From: Phoronis australis
Lineage: Eukaryota > Animalia > Phoronida
Direction of reading: 5' to 3'
Assembly (NCBI GenBank): GCA_002633005.1
Contig: NMRA01000990.1
Span: forward strand, 13,086-76,721
DNA: 63,636 nt
Positions within the stretch are counted from its first letter, which is position 1, and each line of letters begins with the position of its first letter. The notes under the pieces are model-generated. The model did no database searches, had not been told where the DNA came from, and saw nothing but the letters and a program-made list of their open reading frames with translations. The position numbers and the translations under genes are program-made. This document shows positions 13,053 to 27,400 of this stretch, one piece after another.

Positions 13053-14024
13053 AGTGTACACAACATGACTCTAGTACCTCAAAATAAATTTTATTATTTT
13101 ATGTTACTTGATTTCAGTGCCTTTAGTGCACAGCTCATAAAGAAACACGCAAAAATTGAAAAAAGTAATAATTGTGTACTACGTCATGGGTTGAACCCAA
13201 GTCGTTCGCAATACTGTTCGGATCAGAGACAAAGTGTATAGAGTGAAGAGAAAACAAAGTACATTTAGCGTCGAGAAGGTTCGTTGAGGGATCAAAAGAT
13301 GTGTTTCCAGAGGCAGCAGCAACAGCAGCCAGGCGGAAAACGTCTCGGTGTTCCGGAGGACACCAAAGTTGCGCAGAAGTGGCATGGCTTCGTGCGCCGA
13401 ACGAGAGTGTGGCCACTGTGGGACGTCATCGTGGACCAAGCGATTCGGTCCGGGGCCACTCTGTGTTCTGCCAACTTTGAGGACTCGTGTTTCGACTCCA
13501 GTCACAGGAGACGTTACGATGAAGGCCTGGTTCAATAAGGGACAATATTTATCATTCGGAAACATCAGCTCTTAATTCAGGAAAGTCTGTTGGATGACTG
13601 GGTTGACTCGCCGAGCCCGAGGCCGCTTCTCTCGCGGGAGGATCCAGTTCATAAGGCTCAAAGTAGAAAAGTACGCAGCCGGAAGCACATTAAACTTGTT
13701 CTCGCTTTCGTGCAACCCCATTTCCTCATCCTGGCCACCATTCCCGTACGTTTCTTCATAGTATTCGTTCAATTCTTGCTCATAATCGTCATCACTTTCA
13801 AATTCCCTGGTCTCCGCCATTGTTCAATGCTAGTCACCGATCTCTTGTGTTCAACCCATGACGTCACATGGCGGGAAATGTGAAAATTGGCAAAATTGAA
13901 AGAAAAATCAAAATTTTGAGCTAATTACACAAAATAAACATGGGTTTAGCTAAATTTTACGTCATGCATTTAGTCTGTGGCCACCGGTAATTCAAAATGT
14001 GCAAAAATCCATGGTGTGTACTGT
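13053..14024 (+). mobile_element. Second non-autonomous Kolobok-like element: THAP remnant plus a convergent acidic ORF remnant
   Basis: TTAA at 13049-13052 and 14025-14028. TIRs AGTGTACACAACATG / ACAGTACACACCATG (12/15). + strand reads RCVSRGSSNSSQAENVSVF, then after a frameshift PEDTKVAQKWHGFVRRTRVW...LCSANFEDSCF (THAP). Minus-strand ORF 13820-13572 is acidic (MAETREFESDDDYEQE...). Confidence 0.75.
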
Positions 14025-15497
14025 TTAAGAACATAATAACTGAACTACCCAAATATGCCAACAGTACCTTGTTCAATCATTCGATAGAATCAAACCATTG
14101 TATTGTTTTTAATGACGTAGAGATTCTAGACCATGATGATGAGTAGAACTAACCTGTGAACAGGTGGAGCCCCTCATCTACAAGCTGAGCGCAGCTTGAT
14201 TAAGGACTGTGGGACTTTCAACCTTCGGTAGTTGATAGTTGTAGTCATTCCAGTGGTTGTCTCTCCACTTGTCACTTGTTTTATACACTTTGATGTAAAA
14301 TGGATTGTCTTGTGAAGTGGTATAAAGCATGTCACATACCTGATGATGATTTAAGGTATTAGATAAAAACGTCGATCATGAACATCATTATCATTTCCAA
14401 TAGCTAGCTTCCTATTAGTCCTATAGAGTACATGTATATACACACACCTCTTTCATGGAAAGCACCTACATTTAATTGCGTAGAGGCGTGACCGGAGTTT
14501 TAGTTCATCGTGGCTTGATCCGTCATTCATCAAAACTCACGTTGTTAAAAATCGACACATCCACCCTACAAGTCAAAATTTATATGTCCGTGACCCCAGC
14601 TATACGTTTTTTAAACAGACATAGAAGTTCTTTTTGGTAGTTCAGTGGATGTTTTTTCGAAATAAACTTAAATGACTTTCTGAACTCTTATTTTTGAAAA
14701 AAAACATTTCAATGGATTTGTCATCACTGCACAGTGAAAATGAAGACATCAAGACATCCGTCAGGGGGACTAGACATTAAATTCATACAGATGATAAACT
14801 TATGGTTGTACAATGATTTCACCAAATGACCTTCGTCGATGACACTAAACATATGTTCAGCCATTTTAACAATGCGTATGATTAACAAACGTTTATAATT
14901 GTAAATTGTTTAAAGCTACATCCTGTAAAGCCAAAGGTGATTCTAAATCTCATACAAACCCCGTGAGGAGACCACAGTTTATTTAACCAGTTTGTTGATC
15001 GATCACATTTGACGACAGAGGGAATGTGCGACTGCGGGATGGATTCAGGTGAAAAATAAGAATACCAACTTATTTAAATATGGGAACCGAAAAAGGGGCC
15101 GATTTACTATGGAGAGGCTTCCATGACTTTTTGGAGTGGAGGAGCCCTTCGTAAGAATTTATGGACAGCTACGTTTTTATCCTTTGATTATTGATCAGCT
15201 CAAAGTGAGTTCAGCTTTTGCACCCAAGGTTTATAAATATAACCTTTCCATTGCTGTTTCAGTGGGAAGTGTATTCCTGTTTTTTAGTAAGTCCCGTCCT
15301 TGTAGGTGAGCCATTTGGTGGGGAATAAAATTGGAAAAGGTTTCATAACGAATTATGCCGAAAAGTATTCCTATGAAAAGATTTTGTCAGAAATGAATCG
15401 TCACTATGTGGTTTTCGCGTTCTTTCGCTTCAGTAAGTGCCGTTTAGGAAACGATCAACATACAAATGCAGGTTTGGCAGTTTGCAACACCGGGTTA

Positions 15498-15640
15498 TCA
15501 CACCAAAGAACCTGAATCGAGATTTTGGAACTTTGATTCCTGTACCTTGCTTACTAAGTTATCAACAATTGAATTTGTGTAACCGTTGTCAATCAGGATT
15601 CGTTTTATGCTCTGGATTACAACAGTGTGTGTAGTCCAAT
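15498..15640 (-). mobile_element. Possible Penelope-like element remnant
   Basis: IKRILIDNGYTNSIVDNLVSK resembles the Penelope RT thumb motif L..NGYP; this single motif is the only support. Confidence 0.22.
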
Positions 15641-18627
15641 GAAATAATACCTGAAGCGCCATCTTGAGGTAACTTGTCAAAATTCGTGGAAATAACCATG
15701 TTAGGTCCTTTATATCTAGAATTGACAACCATGTTGACGTGGACTCGAACCAAGTGCTAGAACCACTGTGTCCTTCAGGAATTGTATGTGTAGTGGTTGT
15801 CTGAGAGACGTACGTGTGTCCATGAAGGTTGTGAAAGATAGTGTTTAGGCCGCCTTACCAGGTGACAGATTGAATGCAATTATTCATTATCACAATATAG
15901 TCGCGTAACCTTGTCATGGAACAAAATTCCAGCAGGGAAATATTACAACCACTAGTGTCCAGGTGTATTGTTGTTGCCTATTCACGTATCACAGGGAGGT
16001 CCTAGTTCTCCTAATTAGGATAATATCGGACACACAAGATGCTCTGGCTCTCCCGAGAATGAGATGTCCAGGCAATTGCAGGGTGGGTCTATCAAAGATC
16101 ATGTTTTCGCCAATATAGCAGGACAATAAGTAGGGCAGAAGTAATAGACAATAGATGACACATTTGGTTAAAGATTTTGAAGTCACTATTGATCAGTCAC
16201 GAAAAACGTGCTGAGAACAAGTGGCTTGTACATGTATGTATCTACGCACGTTGGCCCTGTTCCTACAGGCTTTCAAGCCCTTCCCGCTCGCTCCCACCAC
16301 GTTCATTTGTCCCGCTGCCTCCTGATGAAACATGCATGCATGGTCTCGATATTTAGCAATTGTATTAACTTGTTTGTCTGTTAGCATATGTCTCTCGGTG
16401 TATTCCTTTATACATGTAACTGCAAGGCGAATATAGGGCCATGCTAGGGAGCATGTACTTGTAAGCTGTACATTCAAACTACTTTGAGTCTATGAAGGAC
16501 TCCTATACCGAACAATATCGTCATTAGGTCTCTATTTTCAAGCTGGCGAAATGCAGCTTTAAACATATACCTTGCCATTTTAGAAGAAGACTTAGCATTG
16601 CCAGGATTTCTAGTGCGACCCCAGGGACCAGGGATCAATTTTGAGTTATGCAACATGGCGGGGCGGGTATACACAGTACGATAACCAATCCCTTTAATTT
16701 TTACACGTGAACGTATAGAATGATGATTTTTGAATTGCAAATGATTAGGCAAAAATTCACGGTTCATCAGCCAATTTTGCCCTGACCCAGTAGACCAAAC
16801 GTTGGACATGGTTACATTCAAGCAGTTCGACTTGGGGCAGACAGCGCTTGCTGCACGTGCATGTACGTCGCTCTAAGAACGCTAATACAAGTAGGTCCTC
16901 GTTGAATTTCTATATTTTACCGGAATGTGCTAATTTGTTTTTCACAATAGATATTGATGGCAACCCTAATGACTTTTTTACCCCCGATTGGTTAAATTGA
17001 CGCTGCAGTATGTTTCTGTCTATTAAGACGGGGTAGCCCCTTGTTGACGTCATGAAAACGAGTCCCCCCTCCTCTGTGCGTTTTACTCACTAAATAATCC
17101 GTGACACAGAACACATCGACTTCCTGACAAACGCGCTTGTTCTGAAATTTTGAGTGGAAAATTTATACCCCAGTAACAATAGTGTTTACATAACTTTCAA
17201 AAAGTCCCTCGTATTTGCGTTTGGGCGCTAATTATTACTGTATTTTTTCTATTGTACTTCATTTGTGCATCGTTTACCTGATGTCTTGATACATTTATTA
17301 CTTCTATTTCGGAGCAGTGATTGTTATCTATAGTTTTTACTTGTTGCATACCCGTTAATATTAATATAACTGGTAAAGTCCCTTATTTGATAGCCGTTTA
17401 TGCAAAAATAATTTTTAAACACAATCGGTAAAAGGAGTTCGGAGACCAGTGAATCAATTACCGTGTCTGAGATATTTATACGATTACTATGAGAAATATC
17501 TGTGGAACAATATTGCAGGGTGTACCAGATTTGACCATATTCCAAGAGCCCTAAATAACCTTAGGTAAGGAACGGTCAAGAGTGGAAAAAAGAGAGTACT
17601 TACAAGTAATAAAAATGGAAATCGCCAAAACGTGCAGGAATAAATGTAACGAGAAAAGACAGGGGATCGGACAAAAACCTTTTTGCATGGATCATCAACG
17701 TCAAAGGACATATCAAGTTAAAATCAAATACATGTAGTTGATGAAATAAAGTAATATAAGCACCACGTTGTACGCGTTCATTGTTGTTTAATCATTCTAA
17801 CACCCCGTTGGTACGCTGGGTTTCGAGTGTTTTCATTTCCTACATAATTAGAGTACAGGTGGTTGTAAAAATATCCACGTTGTCTCATTTGTTAAACAAC
17901 TTCAGCCATTTTGAAACTTGTCGTTCTAGTATTTCTAGGATGGCGAATGGTTATCACTTTCTTCTTTGTAGCTGAAGGCGTCTTGAAAGTTACTTACAGG
18001 AACACTGGCATGCACTTAAATTAATTTGATGAGGACATCTTGATTTATTCTTGAAACAGTATTGAGATTGTGTTGCCGGGTGAGTGGGGACCACTGTTCT
18101 CCCCTGCCAGACACCGGACATCGAGTCCTTTGGAACGTAGTTTGTGCAAAATAAGTAACATTATTTCAATAGACCATCAGAATAATTGGCCCACTGTTTC
18201 GTTTAACAAAAGCGAACGGTGGTTTACAAGGCGATTGGGACCTTGACGATTAACGATAAGATAAGGGAATCACTGTGGAAAAATACAAACAAAACTACAG
18301 CGACTATTGCAAATAATCAATGAAACTTATACTCTTGAATAGAGTAAAGTCCACCTTGAATGGAGTAAGATTAAAATTTGTTGAAAATGTAAATGAAGTG
18401 CAGATACGCCATGGTACAAGAGGTTATGTCAATTCCCTCCTTATTGCCTAAATACCGACGTTTAGGTACTTTCAAATAGAGGAACGGGGTTTGGTGACAT
18501 CAACCAGACAAAATCCAATCGACGTAACTTTTGCCCTTCCCGCCTCCTTAGCTTCCTTCGTTTCTGCGCAATCCCGAGATGACGCCACAAAATCATAAAT
18601 ACCTGACGGAGCTGATGTCAGAGCTGA

Positions 18628-18858
18628 AAAATACCCTCCGAGACGATACCTCAAAAAGCTAATACCAACTCAAGACTAAGCCTTCCAAATGGTAGGTGTT
18701 TTCTAAGGCAAAAAATCCTACCCAAACATAGAACTCTTGCCAGAACCGAGAAATACACTCTGAGACGATACCTGAGTGACAAAATACCAACTCGAAACGG
18801 TGCCTTCCAAATGGAAGGTTTACATCAGGAAAAATCCTACCCCAAAACTCTTGCCTCG
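18628..18858. repeat. Diverged direct repeat, ~122-bp period, two copies
   Basis: AATAC.CTC.GAGACGATACCT, AATACCAACTC, GCCTTCCAAATGG.AGGT, AAAAATCCTACCC and AACTCTTGCC each occur twice in the same order. Confidence 0.7.
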
Positions 18859-20887
18859 AGTGCCAACTCACGCCCGTGACCAGTTTGTTATATTATTAGA
18901 GCACGATACCCAGAGACTAGCAGCGAGATATTGCACTGTAAATTTATTGTAGTCTGCTCGACTGCGTTTTGATGTAGATACTAATAGAACATAATTTAAT
19001 CGTCTCGTTTTCAGTTTGACATATATGTTCATCAAGTGAAACTCTTGAGCTTCGACTCCAGAAAACCAGCGATTTCCGGGCAATATTAGTCTACAAGTCA
19101 GACAACTACATTCTCCATCCTTTGTACACATCGACATGTGGCCCTGACTTGGTGGCTGGTATAATCTGGCCTCTGAAACTTTTTCACCTGAGGTACTGGG
19201 TCCACTTTAGACAATCTATTAAACTACGTTCCAAGATTTTTTCAACAAGATCTTTTTGTTCGTTAAAACCACGTTGCAATGTTTTGCAGAAAAAAATGAA
19301 CAGTTTAGGCCCAACGTGTGGTATCAAGTATGTCACCGGAACTTTTGAAAAAAAAATATTGCTTATGCCTAGCTAGGAATGTGTCGTTAGTATTTGTATA
19401 ATTATCACTGTTATCAATTGTTTCTACGATGATTCATTTGTGCAATTTTTGTCTCTTGCCAAACAGCTTTGCGTTAAATTGACTTCTGAGCAGTGAATGC
19501 TCTCTGCAGTATTTATCTTTACCCGTCAACTAATATTCAAAAAGTAAGATGTTTACTTTGTAAACAATTCAATCCGCTCCTTATGTTGCTCAGGCAGCAT
19601 AGATTGTACTGATCAATTGTCCTGCTCTTGGCAGAATATCCCATTTTTTTGATTTTCTTTCCATCTCGCCAAACTATCAAAATGTTCCGCGTATTTACCC
19701 ACGGCGACACTGACACATTCTCATGTGCAATTTCGCATATGACACAGCAATATTTTCCCTATCGACTAAAATGAAAACGCGACATTTCATAGGTTTTTGT
19801 CGCACCTGCAATTGCCTATTCGACTTGACAAACAAAAAGCGGGGGCTTTCGGGTGTAACATCTCCCTTTCTACAGATTTCTGTCGAGAAGATTTTGTGTG
19901 TTGCAGCGAACATATCAGCCTTGCCTTTTGGCGTAGACTCGGATATCTTTTTGTTCCGTTTTTCATTCTCGAATGTTGAAAACTGTGGAAAAATGTTCAT
20001 TCGTCTTTTTGTCATTAATGTTGTTAGTATTTTCTAGAATCCACAGTCTTCAGTAACATATCAATCGTAAAAATGTTTTCCAGTATCTCTTGTTTACTGT
20101 AATACGCAGTGCGTGTATCAGGATAACTAGTTTTTACTTTGTGAAGAAACGAGCTTATTTACAAACTACTGCAGAGAGTCCTACACTACAGTCTATGTCA
20201 TGATCATTTCAAACATATGCATTAGATGTTTGCTTATTCCTGTCTACCAGAAAACCCTTGTCTGCAAACTTTAGGTAAGCGTACGGAGTTGGCCTGATAA
20301 GTTGATCACATTTCTGTAAATATCACTGAATCCTGAATTTTTACTGAAGAGCTGTATCAATAGGCACCAAAGACTCAATTAATATAGAAAGATGCATTAT
20401 TTTGGATGAATGCTTTGAGGGATCCATGGTCTAAAATCGGTGTCTTGATAGGGCAGAAACTTTTAGAATCATTGGAATTATTTCCTTTCTTTTTAATTAG
20501 TCATTTATATAACCTCTCTCGTTTATTTCCGATTTTATGTTACTATTGCGCCATGTTTTTTACGCATTTGGGTAACAAACAACTTTTTCAAACCTGTCTG
20601 ATACAGTCAGGTGTGCTAATTGATGAGTATTCTTGAGTTAAATTGTGTATCTTTGGTTTTTCTATAATTATGCCCCAACGTGAAGTGACGAAATGGTATT
20701 CTTATGGTATGACTCTTATGCAATTCGGTTGAAAAACGCTGGAGTTGCGAAAAGTTGTGTTGGCCTTTGAATTCCGTCGGAAAAACCATAAACGGAACAA
20801 ACGAATGCTAAAAAAATCCTCGTATAAGCTGCGCAATCCTATTTGTCAGCACGTTTTGGGACAATCAAAATTTAGCTGGTTGAAAAA

Positions 20888-20926
20888 ATGCTGGTCAGAA
20901 TGGACACAATGATCCAAGTAGACATG
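20888..20926 (+). CDS. Candidate start exon of the ankyrin/protease gene (MLVRMDTMIQVDM)
   Basis: In-frame ATGs ending in ATG|gtaagt (consensus donor, phase 0), 385 bp upstream of the next ankyrin-like exon. Confidence 0.4.
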
Positions 20927-21311
20927 GTAAGTCCAACGATAAACCCTTTTTAGAGTAAGAAGACTGACAAACATGTCTGTCGTCTTTGAAGTACTAAGTA
21001 TCCACACGGGATATTCCTGAAGCTTTGATATAAATGTTTCACAATTTTATTCATTTATTTATTATTTAATACTTGTTATTATAATATTCACAATGAGGGT
21101 TACCCCATCAGTTCACATTGCTTTTCATGGGAAACCTTAAAAAGTGTAGTTCCACATGATGTTTCTTATCACGTCCCAGCAGCAACCCAGGCCCTCCCGG
21201 AATGTTGATATCATCTAAGGATCTCCATGCTTGTAAAAAGATGACTCCATAATGATAGTGCATGTATAGTGTACACTGTACGATTTGATATATATTTGTT
21301 ATTACTTTCAG

Positions 21312-21401
21312 GTTGAATCTGCTGTGCGCAGTGGTGATTACTCAACAGTAGTGAAATACGTAAACCGTGGTTGGGACGTCCACCAACCACTGGATGATGA
21401 C
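21312..21401 (+). CDS. Ankyrin/protease gene, N-cap ankyrin-like exon
   Basis: tttcag acceptor and gtaagt donor, 90 nt, phase 0/0. VESAVRSGDYSTVVKYVNRGWDVHQPLDDD fits A..G....V..L...G.DV. Confidence 0.65.
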
Positions 21402-24400
21402 GTAAGTATTGACGCATGAACACTCATGTGATCATGGCTGTCATGAGGTGCACCTTGAGAAATATGATTCTATGCAATCGTTGCCTTATCAGTTTTATCA
21501 GAAAGATATCTACTTCCTGGTTTTATGTTGAATCTGTTTTTAAATTAGTACTCTAAACTCTTAACCATTTCTTGTCATTGACGGATTTCATGTTTCGCAC
21601 CTTGTTGCTTACATGTACATGTACTCTTAAAGACTTTTAAATACGAACGAAAGTGTTATCTTTCCAAAGCATGTCTTTACTTTTGGAGAGCATCTGTGGT
21701 AATGTCACATCGTTATATGACTTAGCTTTGTTTACACTTACACACTAACAAAGGTACTGTAACTATAATATATTTGTCATTAATACAACTTAGGAGTTTG
21801 TTTAGGGGCGTGGATTTGGTGGAGGAGTTAGTAATAGTGAGGTGCAGTCATTTCTTTAAAACGAAATTTTAGGGTAGTTGCTCAAGTGTATTAAAAATAC
21901 CATTAAATCATTTCTTATTTGAATATGGATTTTTAAATTACTTTCGTGTGTATGCATGCGCCTTCAACTAAAACGTTATTTGATTTAGTCACGGTCACCT
22001 ACCTCTTTTGACTTGCTTTACTGAACCGCTGGTGTTGGGAAAGAAATCTGGCAGCACCGTTGCATCCCTTAAAGTTATACTAGGTGACCTTTGTCTGAAT
22101 GTACGACTACAAGAATACGACATGGAACGTGTTTTTCGAAAAACAACGACCAGAATTAATTAAGCTATTTTACCCTAAGATATTTTAGCGGCAAGTTCTC
22201 GGGAGTTTGTTATACACCCTGTACATGCAGGTGACCATCCAAGTTCTAATTTTGTGGTTCCGAGACTACCCCTGTTGTTTTTTAGCGTAGTAGCAGACTC
22301 GAAATTGAGGATCATTTGATTTTGTATGAGTTTTACAACTTACACGATGATAATTATATAACGAAGTATGACGTTTTAAACAGTAAGTTAGGTCGTTGTT
22401 ATTCAAGTAAATACTTTGCAGTACAATTTTCACTATAGTTTTTTTCACCGACACTTTCGTGACACTATTCACTCTCTTATGATATTACTTGTTATTGCTG
22501 ATTGTTTCTATTTTTGTTAATGACTGGGTCAAGTAGCAGTCGGTTAGTTCTGATTTTGAAATGTGTTATACAACTTTGTATCGAGGCTGATGTTCAAAAT
22601 GCTGACTTTTGTATTTTTGGTTGCATGTATCAAAAAGATCGTACGAGGGAAATTCTTAGTTACCACACAGTTTTGATATCTCCTCTCCTACTGTAGCACA
22701 TGTAAGTTAATATGTTGAATAAGGTAAACCATTTTCATTTCACAAGATGGTGCAAGGAAATTACATAAATTACCGCCCCGAAATCCAGTGTAGTTCATCA
22801 ACTGGTGAACATAGAAGTAATAAGTTATCGTAGAAGCAATGCAAAACGGCAATGATATATTCACATGTTGCTACGCTAGTTTTAAACATACAAGAAATTT
22901 GTACAGGTTCAAGTCAACAATTACCACACGTACAGGGTGTATTTTGGTGAGACAAATATAGTCAAATCATGACACAGTGATACGAAAAGCGATTATAAAG
23001 AAATTCCGTATAAAGACAATTTACTATGGAAAAAACTTGTAACTTCACTAAAGAGCGCTTGATTGACGCCATTAGACTAGTCATGAGAACCACTAATTAA
23101 AAACATATATTCATCAATATGACATTAAATCCTATAAATTTTACCTGTTTTTCGTCGACTGCATCCAGGGTCCGAAGCAAGGATCATTACAATCGATCTA
23201 CAGTATCATAGTGCAAACAATTAAAAACAGACTCGTTTTGGCAGATCCATAATTGCAAAAGACAGGCAGATTCTGAAAAGATTGTCTGAAATTTCCATAG
23301 GTTAACAATAAGGTTCAATTAAATCTCTTGACAGATTTCCTTTGTAATTTCACGGCGGTATACGACTGTAGGGGAATAATGTTATCCTATCGGTGAAAAT
23401 TGACCTTTAATAATGATGTCTATTACTAATTTATTACGTATGTTGGTAGGTTGTCACGTGTATGTATGTCTCGGTTATTGTGGATTCACGAGTTGTTCCA
23501 TTGTAAGACTTTGGAAGTAAGAAAGACATGCTGGAACGTAGACCCGGGTAGAGTTCACTAGCTGTGTCGCAGCTTGAACAATTTATCCAAATTCGTGTGT
23601 AATCATTTAAAATACATGTAGTGGGGTAGCCGCGCAAAGGTCTTAGCGAGGACCTAGCGTTGTAAAACTTTGCGCAGATCGAATGATACTCGAATTTGTT
23701 CTTTGTTGTAGTATTTACTCTGTTGAGAAGTTGCGGTGTTAATACTTTAATGCTGTTTTCTTCACAATGACATGTCGGACTAATTAAGATTTTTGATTGT
23801 ATTCGACTCTTTTATGACACCAATAATGGTTATTGCAAGCTAAATATGGCTGTCTGTTTAGCTCAAGCAAATGTCCTGCGTCATCCGCTTGTTTGGTAAA
23901 ATACTTTGAAACATGCATTAAAAGTGCGATACAAGTTTCAATAAGTTGTTTGGAATTTTATTTTTGTCCATGGTCTCGTCACTGTGGTTCAAATGACATC
24001 TCATGATCAACTATTAAGGTGAGATGTCTTTACAAATGTTTTGGGCAATATTTTCACCAATTGGGCACTGATTAAATTTGGACAGTTTGTAATTGGAGCC
24101 TCTAGAAAACGCAAGATCAACAGCCTTGAAATGCATGTACCTATTATGAGCCCGGGGTAGAACCAAGATTCAATGGTAGTTGGGTAGAGAGGGTCTGGGA
24201 TGTTTTCGAGATTTGGATAAAATGTGGCTGTCCCAGGACAATAGCTTGCAGTACCCCTACCAGGGGCGGATCCAGGATTTTCAGTGAATTACGGGGGTAG
24301 GGGGAACAAGGCAGAGTATTTGCCAGGATTTTACCCGTCAGACATTCGCAGAACCGAACCGCCAAGTGGAATCTGGAAGAGTTGACGAATGAATACATGA

Positions 24401-27400
24401 ATGAATTGAAGTGTGTGTGTGTGTGTGCAGAGTGTCCGACATTCCATAAGAGAATACATTATGCAAGAGGAGGTCTTGTGGAACCGTGTCAAACGTGCAT
24501 TAATTATCTAAAATTAAACCTAATTTTCGGTTTATCGCGTCTCGTGATTAATTTTGTAATGGTGAGTTCTGACGCTCTTTTCTCTCAAAACACCCAAGTG
24601 AAGTTGGTGACTTAATTGTTATTGAGAGTGAGGTTGTTGGACATTTTATTCCATGTCGATTTAAATGAATCGATTTTGAATTGTTGAAGGACTACAGTGA
24701 TTCTTTTTTTTTCTGATTGGAACTGAAACCCTCCTTCCAGCTTTCAAAATAGTAAGTACAGGGTAGAATTACGTTGAATAAAATGGGTGGTCAGCAGACA
24801 TATTTTTATTTCTAGTTAAACTATTTTTACGTGTATCATAGTCGATGCGATCACTTACAGTTGTATGTTTACATCAGTGTTTTCTAGTAAATGCGTGACA
24901 TGTGCCAAGGTCTCTTAAAATTTGACAGTTCATCTGGATGCTCATTATTGCTTTATTCATGAAGAAATCCAAGAAAAAAAAAACAAACTATGACTGGCAT
25001 TTCCCATGTGATGATTTAACAATAGCGTATGACTTTATTTTTTGTTGTTCGCTTTTGTTTATGAATGACCAATATCCCTGTATGTTGTGGAAACATTTGT
25101 GTCTGAAAAAAAATTATCATTGTTCTCCTGTTAAATTTGCGTAACTCACTTCCAGTAGTTGTGAATTGTTTCAAATTGCCGAAAAAACAACCTCTTGTTT
25201 GTTTTGTTGTTTGATCTGTATAATGTTTTTGTTTTGTTATTCTCGTTTTTGATGTCGTATTCGAACCAACAGGCCCGGAGCCAGCATTGCGCAGGGGGTG
25301 GTTCGATTTTTTCAACGGTGGACTTTGATATTTTGCAAACGTCGACACTCTGAAGTTTTGATTACGGCCCTCAATTGACCCAGCTTAATCAGGGGAAGGG
25401 AAATTTGTATACACAACGGTGGCTCTCAGTTTATGTTTTTGAGATGAGACGAACTTAGTTATACCAGAGATGAGGATGAAGAGACGGCTCGCTGGTTCCC
25501 TAAGTGCCGCAGGGAACCTTAGGGAACCAGCGAGGCCATGGCGGTTGCTTGCAAAGAACGGGGCTCAACTCGGATGTAAGGTGATCCAAAACGGTCCCCT
25601 CGTCCTTTTCTGCCAAATTTTCAAATCAGTGATTACACCTTCTAGGACAGAGATTCACTTAACGAAACTTTTTATCTAGTTATATTTTCCATGTTAACGT
25701 TATTGCATTTTAAACAATTTGGCATGGGAATATTGATGAATTTTCAACCACGATACATTCATCAAATCCATATCAAGGTCGCATTATTTCACAGCGTGAC
25801 TGAAAAGTTTAGTTCTGCTGTTCCTGAACCTCACTCACCGGAACCACGCTCACGGCGGTTCGAAATTATATGTAGTTATCAGGCTACCCGCTAGTCTTCA
25901 CATAATCAGTGAGCCCTATTCAGTCTTCTTAAATTTCAAACCGTTGGTCGCCGCAGCCTGGACCCGTGCCCCAGATGTTGCCCCTAATTAAGAATGAGTC
26001 GTTCGATTAAAAATCACTATTGACAGTGATTGAAACTGAGCTCAACAATGAAATCAATGTATTAAGAACTAATCAAGTTTTTGCACACCCTTTAAATGGT
26101 TACTAAATGGACACAGATACAATAATTTATTCATGTTTGTTACTACTCATTAGCAGACAACCAAAGTAACGAACGGTGTGGCACTGTGGTTTGAGGCCGG
26201 GACTAATTTTTGAGAGAGACCCAACCTCTAATCTTGGCTTAACTGACTGTCAATCAAGCATTGCACAAAGATGTCTGCAACTCGTCTGAGCTCGGTATTA
26301 CTAGTGAATATGTGCAAAGGTGTATATTAGAACCTGGATATATTGAAAAAGCGAATCCTGTGGCTGTACTTATTTTAGGAAAAAATAATAACTGTCGGGA
26401 GTTCTGGTTTTGGAATTCTGGACAATCGAAATAGTGAACTTTCGAAGGTGGCAAACCTTCGTAGTAGTGGACCTTTGGAGTAGCGAAACTTGTGGCATCT
26501 AACCTTGGTAGTGTCAGATCTACGTTTTCAGTAAGGAGTTAGGATTCGCGCGACTCCGAGACGCGTAGCGCCGAGCCGGAGCGAAGGGCGGTAGGGGGTT
26601 CCCCCTGTTGTGTATTTTTTTGTTTTTAGTAGCTGATTTTGTTTTCCTGGCAACATTTTTTTTTAATTTTTATGTTTGATCCTGTCCCCAGGGCAGGGTT
26701 TGAAACCCTGCATCCCCCGCGTATATCTGCCTCTGCTAGGAAATCTTTTCCATCAAATCAGTTGCTTCTATGAAGTCTGTGAGTCTTTGGACCATTGACT
26801 CTAATGTCCAAAGTTTTTTTGGGTTTAGACCTACTTTCACACAAAATGTGAACTCGCTCTACGGCCGTTTTTTCAGGGCAAGCAAACACGGTTATAGTTA
26901 AATTTTGGTGTTTGAGCAACGACGGAGGGCTGGCTATAGTTAACTTATCGTCGGCTTATATATACATTATATCTTTAGCAGATAGGTGGGAGCTGGACCT
27001 TTTCCGCGGACGGGGGGGTTGTTCGAATCCCTCGAACCCCCCCCCCCCGTTGGCTACGGGCCTGACCAGGGTTTGTGTCCGGCTGCGCACGAGCATTTTA
27101 ATTGAGTACGGGTATTTTCCCTCAGGATTTCGGAATTTGTACTGGCAACTGATGAGACAGCCGTGTTAGAGACGTTGTCGTCATTATTAGTGTTTTGCTG
27201 TGTGTTTTTGTGGACGTAAATGGGAGGGGAAACTTACATGGAATAAATCAAATTGCTACCACTTTTCACGATGTTGACTAACTCATCCAAAATTGACAAG
27301 TTTCAACTCATGAGACCAACTAATTTCATGACAAAATCAACTTAAACATTGAATATATAAGTGATAACATACGCTGCTTGGAGGATTGTTCAGAAAATAT

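Noticed and set aside
16980-20280. Possible promoter motifs and non-coding 5' exons of the ankyrin gene (donors at ~18080 and ~20275)
   Set aside because: Splice-like signals and short motifs alone are not enough without transcript evidence.
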